Positions 9,423-20,721 of a DNA stretch of 64,000 nucleotides are shown one piece after another. Source of the DNA: an uncultured delta proteobacterium (GTDB lineage Bacteria; Desulfobacterota; Binatia; UBA9968); the NCBI GenBank assembly GCA_963760795.1, contig CAVXEP010000001.1:64001-128000 (forward strand), written 5' to 3'. Under the pieces are notes generated by a model. That model searched no databases and had not been told where the DNA came from. It saw only the letters and a list, made by a program, of their open reading frames with translations. The position numbers and the translations under genes were made by a program. The first letter of the stretch is position 1; the number at the start of each line of letters is the position of its first letter.

Positions 9423-11300
9423 CTAGTTGCAAATCATCAAACGACAATCGTGGGGCAATTTCTTCATCAACCCTTTGATCACATGGCCGCGCAGCATGTG
9501 GTAGAAGGCTGAGCGGCGCGATGCGCCGATGATCACTGAATCGACGTCGAGGGCTTTGGCGGCGTTGGCGATCGCTTCGGCGGCGTTGTGCGACACCGAC
9601 CAGATTGGCAGGATCTCGATTCCCCTATCGCGCACGGCCTGTAACACCGCTTTTAGAGTTTGGACTCCCTGTTCATTGGGCGCATGGGGCGTTTTCCCGG
9701 CAAACAAACCGGGCCATTCTTCCACGTAAATGCAATAGAGCGCCGACTCTCCCTTGCCTCTTACGCGGGTGATCGCTTCTTGCACCAAACCGGGGCTCTG
9801 ATCACGCAATGCCAATAAGGTTGACGACGAGTAGAGCGGCTTGACGTCAACCGCCTCAGATAGTGTCATTAATCCTTTCAACTCATCTTCCACCAGGTTT
9901 TCCGACGCGTGGTAGGCGCGCGCTTGTAGACGCTGGATGAAGGGAACCTGCACCAGAATGTCGAGGAACCACGCACGACGGACACCGACAGCGGTAAGCA
10001 TGCCGATCAACGTGATCGCGCCACCGAAGTAAGTGGCCAGCGGTTTCTCCACGATATTGATCGCCCAGGCCACCGCGACCATCAAGGTCGTGAAGACGCC
10101 GATCCAGAATCCAAGATCGCGTCGGCCGAGCCTCCATCGAATAGAATCGAGACTCAATGAAGAAAAAACAAAGGCGCCGAGTAGTCCGAAGGCATACATA
10201 TCGCCCAAGATCTTCATTTGACCGCCCGACCCAACGATAACGACCATCGGTAGGAGAGTTGCCAAGACGACGGCAATATGCGGTGAATTAAACGCATTGT
10301 TGCGAAGCGCGATGACTCGCGGCAAAAAACCGCCATTCACGAGGGCGAGAAACACATGGTAGGAGCCGATGATCGCGGTGTTGGAGGCGAACAGCAGTAA
10401 GCTTGAAGCGGTCAAAACCACAGCGAGCTTGAGGCCCAGCCCGCCGACGATCATGCCCAATTGCGATATGAATCTCTCGCTTTCGGTCGCCTTGAAGTGC
10501 TCGGGCAAAAGGCCGATGGACAGAGCGGTGAGGACCGGCGCAGTGATGACCATGGTGACTATCACCGCTGTCATGGCCCAGCGAGTAGTGCGCCGCAGGG
10601 GAAATTTCATGGTTGGACTCAACTGGCTGATGCTTTCCAAACCGGAAAACGCCAGCCAAGCCGAAGAAAATCCGACCAGCAGCTCATAGTGAGAGATTCC
10701 TTTGCCGGTGCCTAGACGGCTGAGAACCGTGCTCCACTGTGCGCCGTCCATGGTGATCAACGCCATGGCGATGACTACCATGTTGACGAAAAACGAAGCG
10801 CAGGCCATGACCATCGCCACGGCGGCGCTCTCGCGAATGCCGACGATGTTGAGCGCGGCCAAGACTCCGACGCCCGTACAGGCGAGCAAAACGATATGGG
10901 CGTCCAACGCCGGGAAGGCGCTGCCAACATATTGAAAGCCCGCAACCGCCGAGATCGCGGTGGTCAGAAAATAGTCCACCGTGATCAGCATGCCGCCCAG
11001 GCAGCCCCAAATCGGGCCGAAGGCTTTGGTCGTGATCGTCACGACGCCGCCACCCTCGGGGTTGCGCCAGGAGATTTCGATGTATTTAAGCGATAGCAGG
11101 ATGAAGCCGCCGGTGGTCAAGAGCACAAAAAACGGCGTAGCGTCTTTGACATGGCCGTAAAGAATGCCCGGGACATAATAAACCGAGGTGCCGATATCGC
11201 AGAACACCACTGCCCAGGCCAAAAACCAATTGAGTTGCCGAGTGTCGCGAGTCGGTTTCATGCCGCGCGGTTGTGATAAGCGTTCAGCCATTTTTCGCAT
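9423..11300 (-). CDS. APC-fold permease with C-terminal USP domain, probable K+ transporter
   Basis: TM1 CDIGTSVYY, GGG loop, TM3 VDYFLT, GLESISQ, about 12 TM segments, USP-like tail. Confidence 0.8.
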   Translation of the reverse strand: MRKMAERLSQPRGMKPTRDTRQLNWFLAWAVVFCDIGTSVYYVPGILYGHVKDATPFFVLLTTGGFILLSLKYIEISWRNPEGGGVVTITTKAFGPIWGCLGGMLITVDYFLTTAISAVAGFQYVGSAFPALDAHIVLLACTGVGVLAALNIVGIRESAAVAMVMACASFFVNMVVIAMALITMDGAQWSTVLSRLGTGKGISHYELLVGFSSAWLAFSGLESISQLSPTMKFPLRRTTRWAMTAVIVTMVITAPVLTALSIGLLPEHFKATESERFISQLGMIVGGLGLKLAVVLTASSLLLFASNTAIIGSYHVFLALVNGGFLPRVIALRNNAFNSPHIAVVLATLLPMVVIVGSGGQMKILGDMYAFGLLGAFVFSSLSLDSIRWRLGRRDLGFWIGVFTTLMVAVAWAINIVEKPLATYFGGAITLIGMLTAVGVRRAWFLDILVQVPFIQRLQARAYHASENLVEDELKGLMTLSEAVDVKPLYSSSTLLALRDQSPGLVQEAITRVRGKGESALYCIYVEEWPGLFAGKTPHAPNEQGVQTLKAVLQAVRDRGIEILPIWSVSHNAAEAIANAAKALDVDSVIIGASRRSAFYHMLRGHVIKGLMKKLPHDCRLMICN

Positions 11301-11481
11301 TCTTATAAAACAAAATTCGAACGAAACCGCTACTCATTTAAGAAAGTTCTTAAGATCATGCAATAGCCCCACGGCGCTTTGCCGTTTGCAGCGATTTATC
11401 GAGAATTTACTCTAAGGGTGAATTTACCTTTCACCGGTGATTTAATTGCTCTTTTGCAGCATGGATGGTTAGTATGAGCGG

Positions 11482-11964
11482 ATGAATGCGGGGAAGCCGG
11501 TATGGCTGAAAGCGCCGTTCAATGCGCTTCCGGCGACAAACATAAAACTGCTGCTTCATCCGACCGACCTGACGCAGGGCTCCGAGAAGGCGTTTGCCGT
11601 CGCTGTGAGTCTCGCCAGACAACATGGTGCCGAGTTGATTATCGCCCATGCCTTGCCGCCGCCCACACCGCTCTTTGAAAGCGAATCTCCGCATCGGGCT
11701 CAAGCCGAAGCCGCTCTCGCACGCTTGGCGGATGTTGCCGCGGAGTCTGGCGTGTCGGCGCGACGAATCTTGATCGACAGCACCGCCCCGGTGAGCCATA
11801 GCATCGTGCGCTGCGCGGAGGATGTCCATGCCGACATGATCGTCATGGGCACCGCTGGCAAAACCGGCATCATCCGATGGCTGGTTGGAAGTCATGCGGC
11901 CAGGGTTATCGCTCGCGCCCAATGTCCGGTGGTGGTTGTGCGCGCGGGCGCGACGCGCTGCTGA
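11482..11964 (+). CDS. Universal stress protein
   Basis: LLHPTDL, ADMIVMGTAG, LVGS..RV, CPVVVV. Confidence 0.9.
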   Translation: MNAGKPVWLKAPFNALPATNIKLLLHPTDLTQGSEKAFAVAVSLARQHGAELIIAHALPPPTPLFESESPHRAQAEAALARLADVAAESGVSARRILIDSTAPVSHSIVRCAEDVHADMIVMGTAGKTGIIRWLVGSHAARVIARAQCPVVVVRAGATRC

Positions 11965-11992
11965 CCAGCGAAAAAGAGATTGCGTAAAACCG

Positions 11993-14005
11993 ATGGATCA
12001 AGCAAACAAAAAATCATTCACAGAACTGTTGTTGGGAAAAGCCAAGGATCCGCTCGATCCGAAAGTGTTCCATCAAATCTCGTTGGTGGCTTTCCTCGCC
12101 TGGGTTGGACTCGGCGCCGACGGCTTGAGCTCTTCGGCCTATGGTCCGGAAGAAGCCTATCTGGCGCTGGGACAGCATTATCATCTGGCTTTGTTGCTTG
12201 TAATTATGATGGCCGCCACGGTCTTCATCATTTCCGCCAGCTATGCGCAGATCATCGAGCTGTTTCCGACCGGCGGCGGCGGTTATCTGGTCGCGACCAA
12301 ATTGCTCGGCTCGCGGGCGGGCCTGGTGTCGGGGTCGGCGCTGGTGGTCGACTACATGTTGACGATTACCATTTCGATCGCCAGCAGCACCGATGCGATG
12401 TTCAGTTTTCTTCCGATGGCGTTGGCCCCTTACAAGTTCGCCGTTGCGGTGCTGCTGATCTTCGCGCTGATTTTTCTCAATCTGCGCGGTGTCAGGGAAT
12501 CGGTGCTGTTCTTGCTGCCGATTTTTCTGCTGTTCATCGTCATGCATATCGTCGTAATCACGATGGGCATCATCCCGCACGCCGCCGATATGCCAGCACT
12601 GGCGGCGAACACGTACCGGGAAGTTAACCGCGATGTTCAAGGAATTGGCTTGCTTGCCACGCTGGGAATTCTCCTCCACGCCTACAGCTTGGGCGGCGGC
12701 ACCTATACCGGAATCGAGGCGGTGAGCAACGGTTTGCAGATCTTGCGCGAACCCCGTGTCCTCACCGGCAAAAAGACCATGCTTTACATGGCGATTTCAC
12801 TCGCTTTCACCGCCGGCGGCATCCTGCTCTGTTACTTGCTCAACCGCGTGATGCACGAGCCGGGGAAAACGCTCAACGCAAGTCTCTTCGCCAATATCTA
12901 CGGGATATTTTTTGGCGGCGATACAACGACCACGGCGGCCTTGGTGATCGTCACGCTGATCACCGAAGCTGCGATATTGATTGTCGCCGCCCAGGCAGGC
13001 TTTCTCGACGGCCCGCGGGTGCTCTCCAATATGTCGCTCGACTCCTGGACGCCGCATCGTTTGTCCCACTTGAGCGACCAGCTAGTCACGCGTAACGGCG
13101 TCTGGTTCATGGGCATCGCGTCGCTCGGATTTTTGGCCTACAGCCACGGCGAAGTGAAGCTGTTGGTGATCATGTACAGCATCAACGTGTTTCTGACCTT
13201 TACCTTGTCGCAGCTGGGCATGTGCCGGCATTGGTGGCAGGTGCGCCGGAGCGCCGAGCCTTGGCGCATGAAGCTGGCGGTCAATGGCTTGGGTTTGCTT
13301 TCGACCAGCACGATACTTTGCGTCACGGTGGCGACGAAATTTCTCGAAGGCGGCTGGCTGACGGTCGTCGTGACCTTGAGTTTCGTAATGGTTTGCCAGG
13401 CGGTGCGCTGGCACTACGAGAAGGTTCAGCGAGCTCTAAAAACCCTCGACGACACGCTTTTGGGCATTCCCTTCCAACCGGATTTGAAAGCGCCGACGCC
13501 GGTGAAGAATGTCCAGGCGCCGACCGCCGCGATTATCGTGCGCGAGTTCGATGGTGTCGCGGTGCACACATTGCTGAACCTCCAACGGTTGTTCCCGAAT
13601 CACTATAAGAACATCGTCTTCGTTTCCGTCGGCGTGATCGATGCCGGCCAGTTCAAAGGCCATGCGGAAATGGAGAGTCTCCAGCGAAAAAAAGAAGAGG
13701 ACCTCAAGAGTTTCGTCGACTACGCAACCTGTTTGGGTTGGTACGCGGAGTATCGCTACGCGCTCGGCGTCGATCTGATCGACGAGCTGGAGCAAACTTG
13801 TAACTTGGTTGCCAAGGAATTTCCCCGCACGGTCTTCTTTAGCGGCAAGCTGGTTTTCGAGGAGGAGAGTGTGTTTACCCGGCTACTGCATAACCACACG
13901 CCTTATACCTTGCAGCAGAAACTCCAGTTCGCCGGCCGGGACATGATGATATTACCGATCCGGGTAACAACTCAGCAGAACGCTGCTAAGCGCGTCGCCG
14001 TCTAA
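11993..14005 (+). CDS. KimA/YdaO-like APC-fold potassium transporter
   Basis: ADGLSSSAYGPEE, FPTGGGGY, LVVDYMLT, TGIEAVSNG; cytosolic C-terminal domain. Confidence 0.82.
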   Translation: MDQANKKSFTELLLGKAKDPLDPKVFHQISLVAFLAWVGLGADGLSSSAYGPEEAYLALGQHYHLALLLVIMMAATVFIISASYAQIIELFPTGGGGYLVATKLLGSRAGLVSGSALVVDYMLTITISIASSTDAMFSFLPMALAPYKFAVAVLLIFALIFLNLRGVRESVLFLLPIFLLFIVMHIVVITMGIIPHAADMPALAANTYREVNRDVQGIGLLATLGILLHAYSLGGGTYTGIEAVSNGLQILREPRVLTGKKTMLYMAISLAFTAGGILLCYLLNRVMHEPGKTLNASLFANIYGIFFGGDTTTTAALVIVTLITEAAILIVAAQAGFLDGPRVLSNMSLDSWTPHRLSHLSDQLVTRNGVWFMGIASLGFLAYSHGEVKLLVIMYSINVFLTFTLSQLGMCRHWWQVRRSAEPWRMKLAVNGLGLLSTSTILCVTVATKFLEGGWLTVVVTLSFVMVCQAVRWHYEKVQRALKTLDDTLLGIPFQPDLKAPTPVKNVQAPTAAIIVREFDGVAVHTLLNLQRLFPNHYKNIVFVSVGVIDAGQFKGHAEMESLQRKKEEDLKSFVDYATCLGWYAEYRYALGVDLIDELEQTCNLVAKEFPRTVFFSGKLVFEEESVFTRLLHNHTPYTLQQKLQFAGRDMMILPIRVTTQQNAAKRVAV

Positions 14006-14531
14006 GACTCGACTTTGTCAGTGCGGGTTGAGTATCCCATGCTGTTTAATGAAATGATCTCACGAAGTGTAGGATAGACTTTTCGCGACGACCAAGCAGG
14101 CCGTGGCCAAGAATTCACTTTGTATTTACGCCACGACATCTGAATCGCGGGTCTTATGAGCTGGCCGAAGGTGCTACGATGGACGGCGAAACCGACGAGA
14201 ACCAAGCGGCTGCGATTTCCGATGTGGTTTCGCGGCTTGGTGTGTCCAACGTGCGCGCATTCGGTTTGACTTGGGAAGATTGCGTGCAATTACTGCGGCA
14301 AGTTGGTAACACTGCCCGCGTCGATATCGTGGCGGCGTAAAATGTCGGACTCCCCCTGCTCCAGCAAGTCCATCTCTTAAACGCAACCTTCCGGCGTCGC
14401 GCCGGACTGGAATTGACCAGTGTGTTGCCGAGAAGAAATGATCTTTCACGGTCTGACTCGCCCACCCTCAGTAACACCGTGCGTTGCTTTGTCGCCCAGC
14501 ATGCGTTAGCAAGTGAAATACAGTATTTCAA

Positions 14532-14873
14532 ATGTTGCCTTACCTCACAAATGACAAGCATCAACGTCCGCCCAGCAGGACTGTTGCACACCTGCTTTTG
14601 TTGCTGACTTTTCTATGGGCTTTTGTTGGAACCATCGATGGGCCTTCGGTGCAATTTGGCTCAAAGTCCGGCTATGAAGTTTACAAAACACCGAAGCTCG
14701 TCGACGGGGAACATAGCAAACAACCTACGCCGCTTTGGACCGGAGAATTTCTGGCAGACCCCCCAACGGTTCATGCCTCTTTTCTGTTGTTCGACTTCAA
14801 ACAAAACCTTCGTCGCTGGCCGAACGTAGCCGGCGATATCAGTCGCTCGCCGCCTTTCGTTCTCGCGGTTTAA
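14532..14873 (+). CDS. Small leader ORF with N-terminal hydrophobic segment and C-terminal RSPP
   Basis: VAHLLLLLTFLWAFVGTI near the N-terminus; ISRSPPFVLAV-stop; lies upstream of the antiporter. Confidence 0.5.
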   Translation: MLPYLTNDKHQRPPSRTVAHLLLLLTFLWAFVGTIDGPSVQFGSKSGYEVYKTPKLVDGEHSKQPTPLWTGEFLADPPTVHASFLLFDFKQNLRRWPNVAGDISRSPPFVLAV

Positions 14874-15019
14874 GACTCCGCCTACTAGTTTCTATAAATT
14901 GAATCGTCCGACTGCCGCGTCGGTGCCTTTGATAATAGGCACTGAGCCGTGAGCTCCATCGGGCGACTGTAACGAAGTCGGCGCACCACCGCGTCGCGCT
15001 TCAGTAATGGAGCTACTTT

Positions 15020-16159
15020 ATGCAAAGAGTAATCATTTACAGCCTTTTGCTGGTCGCCGGCATGGTTTTGTCCCAATTGCCGATCGTTCAATCGTCCAAC
15101 ACCGCGTTCACGACTCTGACGATGATTTTCCTCGCCTACATCATGATCGAAGTGGGCATGGAGTTCGATATCGACAAGTCACACTTGGGCTCGTACGCAA
15201 TCGATTACGGCATCGCCATGGCCGCGCGGCGGTGCCCTGGCTGTGCGCGGCGCTTTATTTTTGGTGGTTCTTTAGCCTGGGTTTCAATGAGTCGTTGCTG
15301 GTCGGCAGGTTTGCTTCACCCACTTCGGCGGGAATTTTGTTTACCATGCTTGCCGCTGCTGGGCTGGCGACAACCTGGGTTTACAAAAAGGCACGCGTGC
15401 TGGCGATCTTCGACGATCTCGACACGGTGCTATTGATGATTCCGCTCAAGATGATGCTCATCGGCTTTGAGCCCAAGCTGCTCATCCTGATTTTCGCCGT
15501 GTTTCTGTTACTGGCGGCTGCCTATTTCTGCATCCACTGGCTGCCGGTGCCGACGACTAACGCGTGGATCGTTATTTACGCGCTTTTGGTCTGGGGCGTG
15601 ACTTACGCCTTTGACTATGTGACCGATTTGCACCTGGAAGTTTGGTGCCGGCATTTGCCCTCGGTTGCGTGATCAAGTCCGATCATCTGCACGGTTCGGC
15701 GGAATACGCCGACACAAACCATGGAGTGACCGCTCACGAATCCCCCGCACAGGCAATCTTGGACTGGGCGATCAAAGGCGGATTCATGTTGCTCGCGGGC
15801 ATGGCGCTGCCGCCGATTCAATTGGGCGGCTTGGCGGTCGTCGCTGTGCTCGCCCACGTGGTACTCATCACCGTCGCCAGCAACATCGGAAGTGCGTGCC
15901 CATGGTGGCGTACAGAGACGAAGCCACTCTACGCCAGCGCTTGGCGCTCAGTATCGGCATGTTCCCGCGGGGCGAGGTCGGCATCGGCGTTCTGCTGGTT
16001 TCGCTGGAACTCTTTCGCCAGCAGAACCTGCTCGACTCGCCCGCGGTTCAGCAAAGCATGACCATCGGCACGCTCAGCTTGGCGCTGAACCTGGCGCTAA
16101 CAGGAGTTTTCATCATGGCGGTGATCCGATTGCTGCGGACGCCAACCGCTTCGGCATAA
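15020..16159 (+). CDS. Cation:proton antiporter (CPA-like), several frameshifts
   Basis: Pieces YIMIEVGMEFDIDK / RFASPTSAGILFTML..LAIFDDLD / PAFALGC / GMFPRGEVGIGV fall in different frames; GGAG RBS before ATG 15020. Confidence 0.75.
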
Positions 16160-16506
16160 AAGCATGCTGCAGCAACTCTACCGTTAGGTCGGAAAGAGGC
16201 GGTTGGGGCCTGGAGGAGATTGGCGCCTGGCATACGAATCTTATCAATCTTGGATTTGATGCGAATGATGAACACACACCTCGCTGTTGATGAGAACTTG
16301 CAGAGGCGTTGCGGACGCAGCGGTTTTAGAGTTCCGCTCCTGAGTCGTTTACGACGCGACGCTTTCCGTTCCCTTCAAAGCCTCGGCGTCTCGTTCGATC
16401 TCTCCTTCTTCATTTTCAGAAACCTCACTCCATCTTGCGGCTGGTTTCAGGCGGTCACTGCAAAACTTCAGCTAATTCAAACCTAAAGCGCGACGAGCGG
16501 TTACCT

Positions 16507-16550
16507 TTGCATTTTGCAATCTGCGCAACGAGGCGTCGTGCAAATTGCCA
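16507..16550. promoter_or_regulatory. Two candidate enhancer (UAS) sites for a sigma54 activator
   Basis: Perfect palindrome TTGCA-TTT-TGCAA (16507-16519) and GTGCA-AAT-TGCCA (16538-16550), 31 bp apart, upstream of the -24/-12 element. Confidence 0.55.
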
Positions 16551-16602
16551 GGCGGTTGCCGGTTCTTCGGCAGAAACCGATGTGTTTTCGCGGCCTGCTA
16601 GG

Positions 16603-16617
16603 TGGCATATCGCTTGC
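16603..16617 (+). promoter_or_regulatory. sigma54 (-24/-12) promoter of the kdp operon
   Basis: TGGCAT-ATCGC-TTGC matches TGGCAC-N5-TTGC with exact spacing, about 40 nt before the first ORF. Confidence 0.8.
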
Positions 16618-16659
16618 GGTACCCGACTATAAAGGTCGTCAACTTTCAGGAGCGATCAA

Positions 16660-16743
16660 ATGGCTGACGTTATATTTATCCTAATCACCGCGCTGTTTTT
16701 CATCATCTCGTGGCTTTACGTTCGCGGGTGCGATCGTTTGTAA
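16660..16743 (+). CDS. 27-aa single-TM peptide upstream of kdpF
   Basis: AGGAG RBS; MADVIFILITALFFIISWLYVRGCDRL. Confidence 0.75.
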   Translation: MADVIFILITALFFIISWLYVRGCDRL

Positions 16744-16752
16744 GAGGTCATC

Positions 16753-16842
16753 ATGGGAATCGAATACGTTATCGGCTTGGCCGTGTCGGTGGTCATTTTG
16801 GTGTACTTGGTTTATGCGCTGCTCTGGCCGGAAAAGTTCTGA
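16753..16842 (+). CDS. kdpF: K+-transporting ATPase subunit F
   Basis: GAGG RBS; MGIEYVIGLAVSVVILVYLVYALLWPEKF with the YL.YAL..PEKF signature. Confidence 0.92.
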   Translation: MGIEYVIGLAVSVVILVYLVYALLWPEKF

Positions 16843-16929
16843 GGTCGGCAGCAGCGTAGGAACGAGACAATTCGCAGGTTCGCGAAGATTCTCTGAGCAA
16901 TTTTCAGTACTGCGAAGGCAGGAGAAGTT

Positions 16930-18652
16930 ATGACAGTCAATGGATGGATTCAGATTCTGCTCTATTCGGCGATGATCTTGGCCGATAACCAAGCCGCTGG
17001 GCAACTACATGTATCGTGTATTCGAGGGTGAGCGGCAACCTTTGCCGCGTCTGTTTGGCGCGATCGAGCGGCTGCTCTACAAGCTTTGCGGCGTCGACCC
17101 GCAGCAGCAATACGACTGGAAACAGTACACCGTAGCGATGCTCGTGTTCAGCGCGATCACGTTGCTGGTGACCTACGGGATCGAGCGGCTGCAACATATC
17201 TTGCCGTTGAATCCGCAGAATTTTGGCCCGGTGCCCGCGGACCTGGCGTTCAATACCGCAGCGAGTTTTACAACCAATACCAACTGGCAAGCGTACACCG
17301 GTGAGTCGACGATGAGCTATCTGACCCAGATGGCGGGTCTCGCCTGGCATAATTTCATGTCGGCCGCTGTCGGCATCGGCATAGCGCTGGCTTTGGCGCG
17401 CGGCATTACCTACCGCTTGCAGGCGGGCGCAGCGAAGACGCTGGGCAATTTCTGGGTCGATCTGGTGCGCGCCACGGTGTACGTCTTGATTCCTATATCT
17501 ATTCCGGTCGCATTGTTGCTGGTCTCGCAGGGAGTCATTCAAAACTTTTCGTCGTACATTGAAGTGACGACCCTGGAGGGCGTCAAACAAACCCTAGCGA
17601 TGGGGCCGGTGGCTTCGCAGGAGGTCATCAAAGAATTCGGCACCAACGGCGGTGGGTTTTTCAATGCCAACAGCGCCCATCCGTTCGAGAGTCCGACGCC
17701 CCTGACTAACTTGATCGAGATGCTGTTAATCTTCGCGATTCCAGCGGGCCTGACTTACACGTTCGGTCGCATGGCGCGCGACCAAAAACAAGGTTGGACG
17801 ATCTTCGCCGCTATGGCTGTGCTTTTCTTCGTTGGCGTGACGACGGCGTATCGCTTCGAAGCGGCCGGCAACCCGATTATGAATGGCATGGCTGTCAATC
17901 AAACGTTAGGGAACATGGAAGGAAAGGAAGTCCGATTCGGTGTCGCTAACTCGGCGCTTTTCGCCACGATTACGACCGACGCGTCGTGCGGCGCGGTTAA
18001 TTCAATGCACGACAGTTTTACCTCCATCGGTGGCCTCGTGCCGCTGGTCAACATCCAACTTGGCGAAGTCATCTTCGGCGGCGTCGGCGCGGGGCTGTAC
18101 GGCATGTTGGTGATGGTCTTGTTGTCGGTTTTCATCGCCGGTCTGATGGTCGGTCGGACTCCTGAATACCTGGGCAAGAAGATCGAGGCGCGGGAAATGA
18201 AGTTGGCGATGCTTTACATTCTCATCTTCCCCCTCGTCATCCTTGTTTTTTCGGGGTGGTCGGTCGCCGCGCCTTACGGTGTTTCATCTTTGAATAATGC
18301 CGGTCCCCACGGTTTGAGTGAAATCCTCTACGCATTCACCAGCGCGACCGGCAACAATGGCTCGGCTTTCGCCGGTCTGAATGCAAACACTCCTTGGTAC
18401 AACGTAACACTAGGCTTAGCGATGCTCATGGGGCGCTTCTTAATGATCGTGCCGGCTCTGGCGATCGCCGGTTCGTTGGTCGGTAAAAAAGCTGTGGCGG
18501 AGAGCCTGGGCACATTCCCGACAAACGGCGGGCTTTTCATCGTGCTTTTGGTTGGTGTGATTCTGATCGTTGGCGCCCTGACGTTTTTCCCGGCGCTCGC
18601 GCTTGGCCCGATCGTCGAGCATTTTTTAGCTCAAGCAGGAAAGGTTTACTGA
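16930..18652 (+). CDS. kdpA: K+-transporting ATPase subunit A (frameshift near 16983)
   Basis: MTVNGWIQ start after GGAG; [29 protein letters not shown]. Confidence 0.95.
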
Positions 18653-18653
18653 C

Positions 18654-20711
18654 ATGGCAGATACTCGCTTAAAAGATCGTTCGCTTTTCGATCCAGAAAT
18701 CGTCCGGCCGGCGGTGTGGGAGAGCTTCCGCAAACTCGCGCCGCAGCATGTGATCAAGAACCCGGTCATGTTCGTGGTCGAGATCGGCAGCGTGCTGACG
18801 ACTTTGATTTTGCTGCGTGACCTGATCGCTCCGACGGCTGGATCTCAGCCGCTGTGGTTCACCTTCAACGTCAGCTTTTGGCTGTGGTTCACGGTAATCT
18901 TCGCCAACTTCGCCGAGGCGGTCGCTGAAGGCCGCGGTAAGGCGCAGGCTGCCACTTTGCGCAAGATGCGCCAGGAAACCAGCGCGCGGCGCTTGATCAA
19001 TGGCAGTCGCGAAGAAACGGTGCCGGCGTCGGCGTTGCGCAAAGGAGATAGCGTCGTCGTCGAAGCCGGCGAGATCATTCCCGGTGATGGCGACGTGATC
19101 CAGGGCATCGCGTCGGTCGATGAATCGGCGATCACCGGCGAATCCGCGCCGGTTATTCGCGAGAGCGGCGGCGATCGTTCGGCTGTCACCGGCGGCACGA
19201 AGGTATTGTCCGACCGTATCGTCGTGCGTATCACGGCGAGCCCGGGCGAATCTTTTCTGGACCGCATGATCGCTTTGGTCGAAGGCGCTTCGCGGCAAAA
19301 AACCCCGAATGAAATTGCCCTCAATATCTTGCTCGCTGGATTGACGATCGTTTTTCTATTTGCTTGCGTGACGCTCGTGCCGATGGCGCTTTATTCGGGC
19401 GTTGCGGTAGTCTCCGTGACAGTGATCGTGGCTTTGCTGGTTTGCTTGATTCCCACAACGATCGGCGGACTGCTTTCCGCCATCGGCATCGCCGGCATCG
19501 ATCGGTTGCTGCGGAAAAATGTCTTGGCGATGAGCGGGCGCGCCGTCGAGGCTGCGGGCGACGTGGACACGCTGTTGTTGGATAAAACCGGGACGATCAC
19601 CTTGGGCAATCGCATGGCGACCGAATTCATTCCGGTCGACGGCGCCAGGGCGGAGACGTTGGCGGATGCGGCGCAGCTTTCGAGCCTGGCGGACGAAACC
19701 CCGGAAGGGCGATCGATTGTCGTGCTCGCCAAGGAAAAATACGGACTGCGCGGCCGTGACGTGACCGAGATCGGCGCGCATTTTATTCCATTTAGCGCTG
19801 AAACCCGAATGAGCGGCTGCGATCTCAACGGACGCAAGATCCGCAAGGGCGCGGTCGACGCGATCGTCGGCTATGTTCAAGAATTAGGCGGAACGGTCGG
19901 CTCGCAAGTCGAGGGCATTACCCATGGCATCTCGGACACCGGCGGCACGCCGTTGGTGGTGTCCGAAGGCAATAAAATGCTCGGCGTGATCCATTTGAAG
20001 GACGTGGTGAAGGGCGGCATCAAAGAACGCTTTGAGCGCTTCCGCGCCATGGGTATTCGAACAGTAATGATTACTGGTGACAATCCGCGCACCGCGGCGG
20101 CCATCGCCCGCGAGGCGGGCGTGGACGATTTTCTCGCCGAAGCGACTCCGGAAGCCAAGATGCGCTTGATCAAAGAAGAGCAAGCCAAGGGCAAACTCGT
20201 GGCGATGACCGGTGACGGCACCAACGATGCGCCGGCGTTGGCGCAGGCGGACGTCGGCGTGGCGATGAACACGGGCACTCAGGCGGCGAAGGAAGCCGGC
20301 AACATGGTCGACTTGGATTCCAATCCGACCAAGCTGCTTGAAGTGGTCGAGATCGGCAAACAGATGCTGATGACGCGCGGCGTGCTGACGACATTTTCGA
20401 TTGCCAACGACGTGGCGAAGTATTTCGCGATTATCCCCGCCATGTTCATGGGTGTTTACCCGGAGATCGCGCCGCTCGAATGTCATGCATCTGGCTTCGC
20501 CGCTAAGCGCGATTCTTGCGGCGGTTATATTCAACGCTCTGATTATTATTGCACTCATTCCCCTAGCTCTACGCGGCGTGCAGTACCGCCCCATCGGCGC
20601 CGGCCCTTTGCTGGCGCGTTCTTTGTTGATTTACGGCGTCGGCGGAGTCGTCGCGCCCTTTATCGGTATCAAACTGATCGATTTGGTTTTGAAGCCGTCG
20701 GACTTGTCTAG
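18654..20711 (+). CDS. kdpB: K+-transporting ATPase subunit B (compensating frameshifts near the 3' end)
   Basis: [26 protein letters not shown]. Confidence 0.96.
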   Translation: MADTRLKDRSLFDPEIVRPAVWESFRKLAPQHVIKNPVMFVVEIGSVLTTLILLRDLIAPTAGSQPLWFTFNVSFWLWFTVIFANFAEAVAEGRGKAQAATLRKMRQETSARRLINGSREETVPASALRKGDSVVVEAGEIIPGDGDVIQGIASVDESAITGESAPVIRESGGDRSAVTGGTKVLSDRIVVRITASPGESFLDRMIALVEGASRQKTPNEIALNILLAGLTIVFLFACVTLVPMALYSGVAVVSVTVIVALLVCLIPTTIGGLLSAIGIAGIDRLLRKNVLAMSGRAVEAAGDVDTLLLDKTGTITLGNRMATEFIPVDGARAETLADAAQLSSLADETPEGRSIVVLAKEKYGLRGRDVTEIGAHFIPFSAETRMSGCDLNGRKIRKGAVDAIVGYVQELGGTVGSQVEGITHGISDTGGTPLVVSEGNKMLGVIHLKDVVKGGIKERFERFRAMGIRTVMITGDNPRTAAAIAREAGVDDFLAEATPEAKMRLIKEEQAKGKLVAMTGDGTNDAPALAQADVGVAMNTGTQAAKEAGNMVDLDSNPTKLLEVVEIGKQMLMTRGVLTTFSIANDVAKYFAIIPAMFMGVYPEIAPLECHASGFAAKRDSCGGYIQRSDYYCTHSPSSTRRAVPPHRRRPFAGAFFVDLRRRRSRRALYRYQTDRFGFEAVGLV

Positions 20712-20721
20712 GAGAGAATCT

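Noticed and set aside
14002-14591. Minus-strand ORFs between the permease and the leader ORF
   Set aside because: No recognisable motifs or RBS in any frame.
11300-16660. c-di-AMP (ydaO) riboswitch upstream of the K+ transporters
   Set aside because: Only an isolated GGGTGAAT near 11416; the other conserved blocks were not found by eye. An Infernal search with the ydaO-yuaA model would be decisive.
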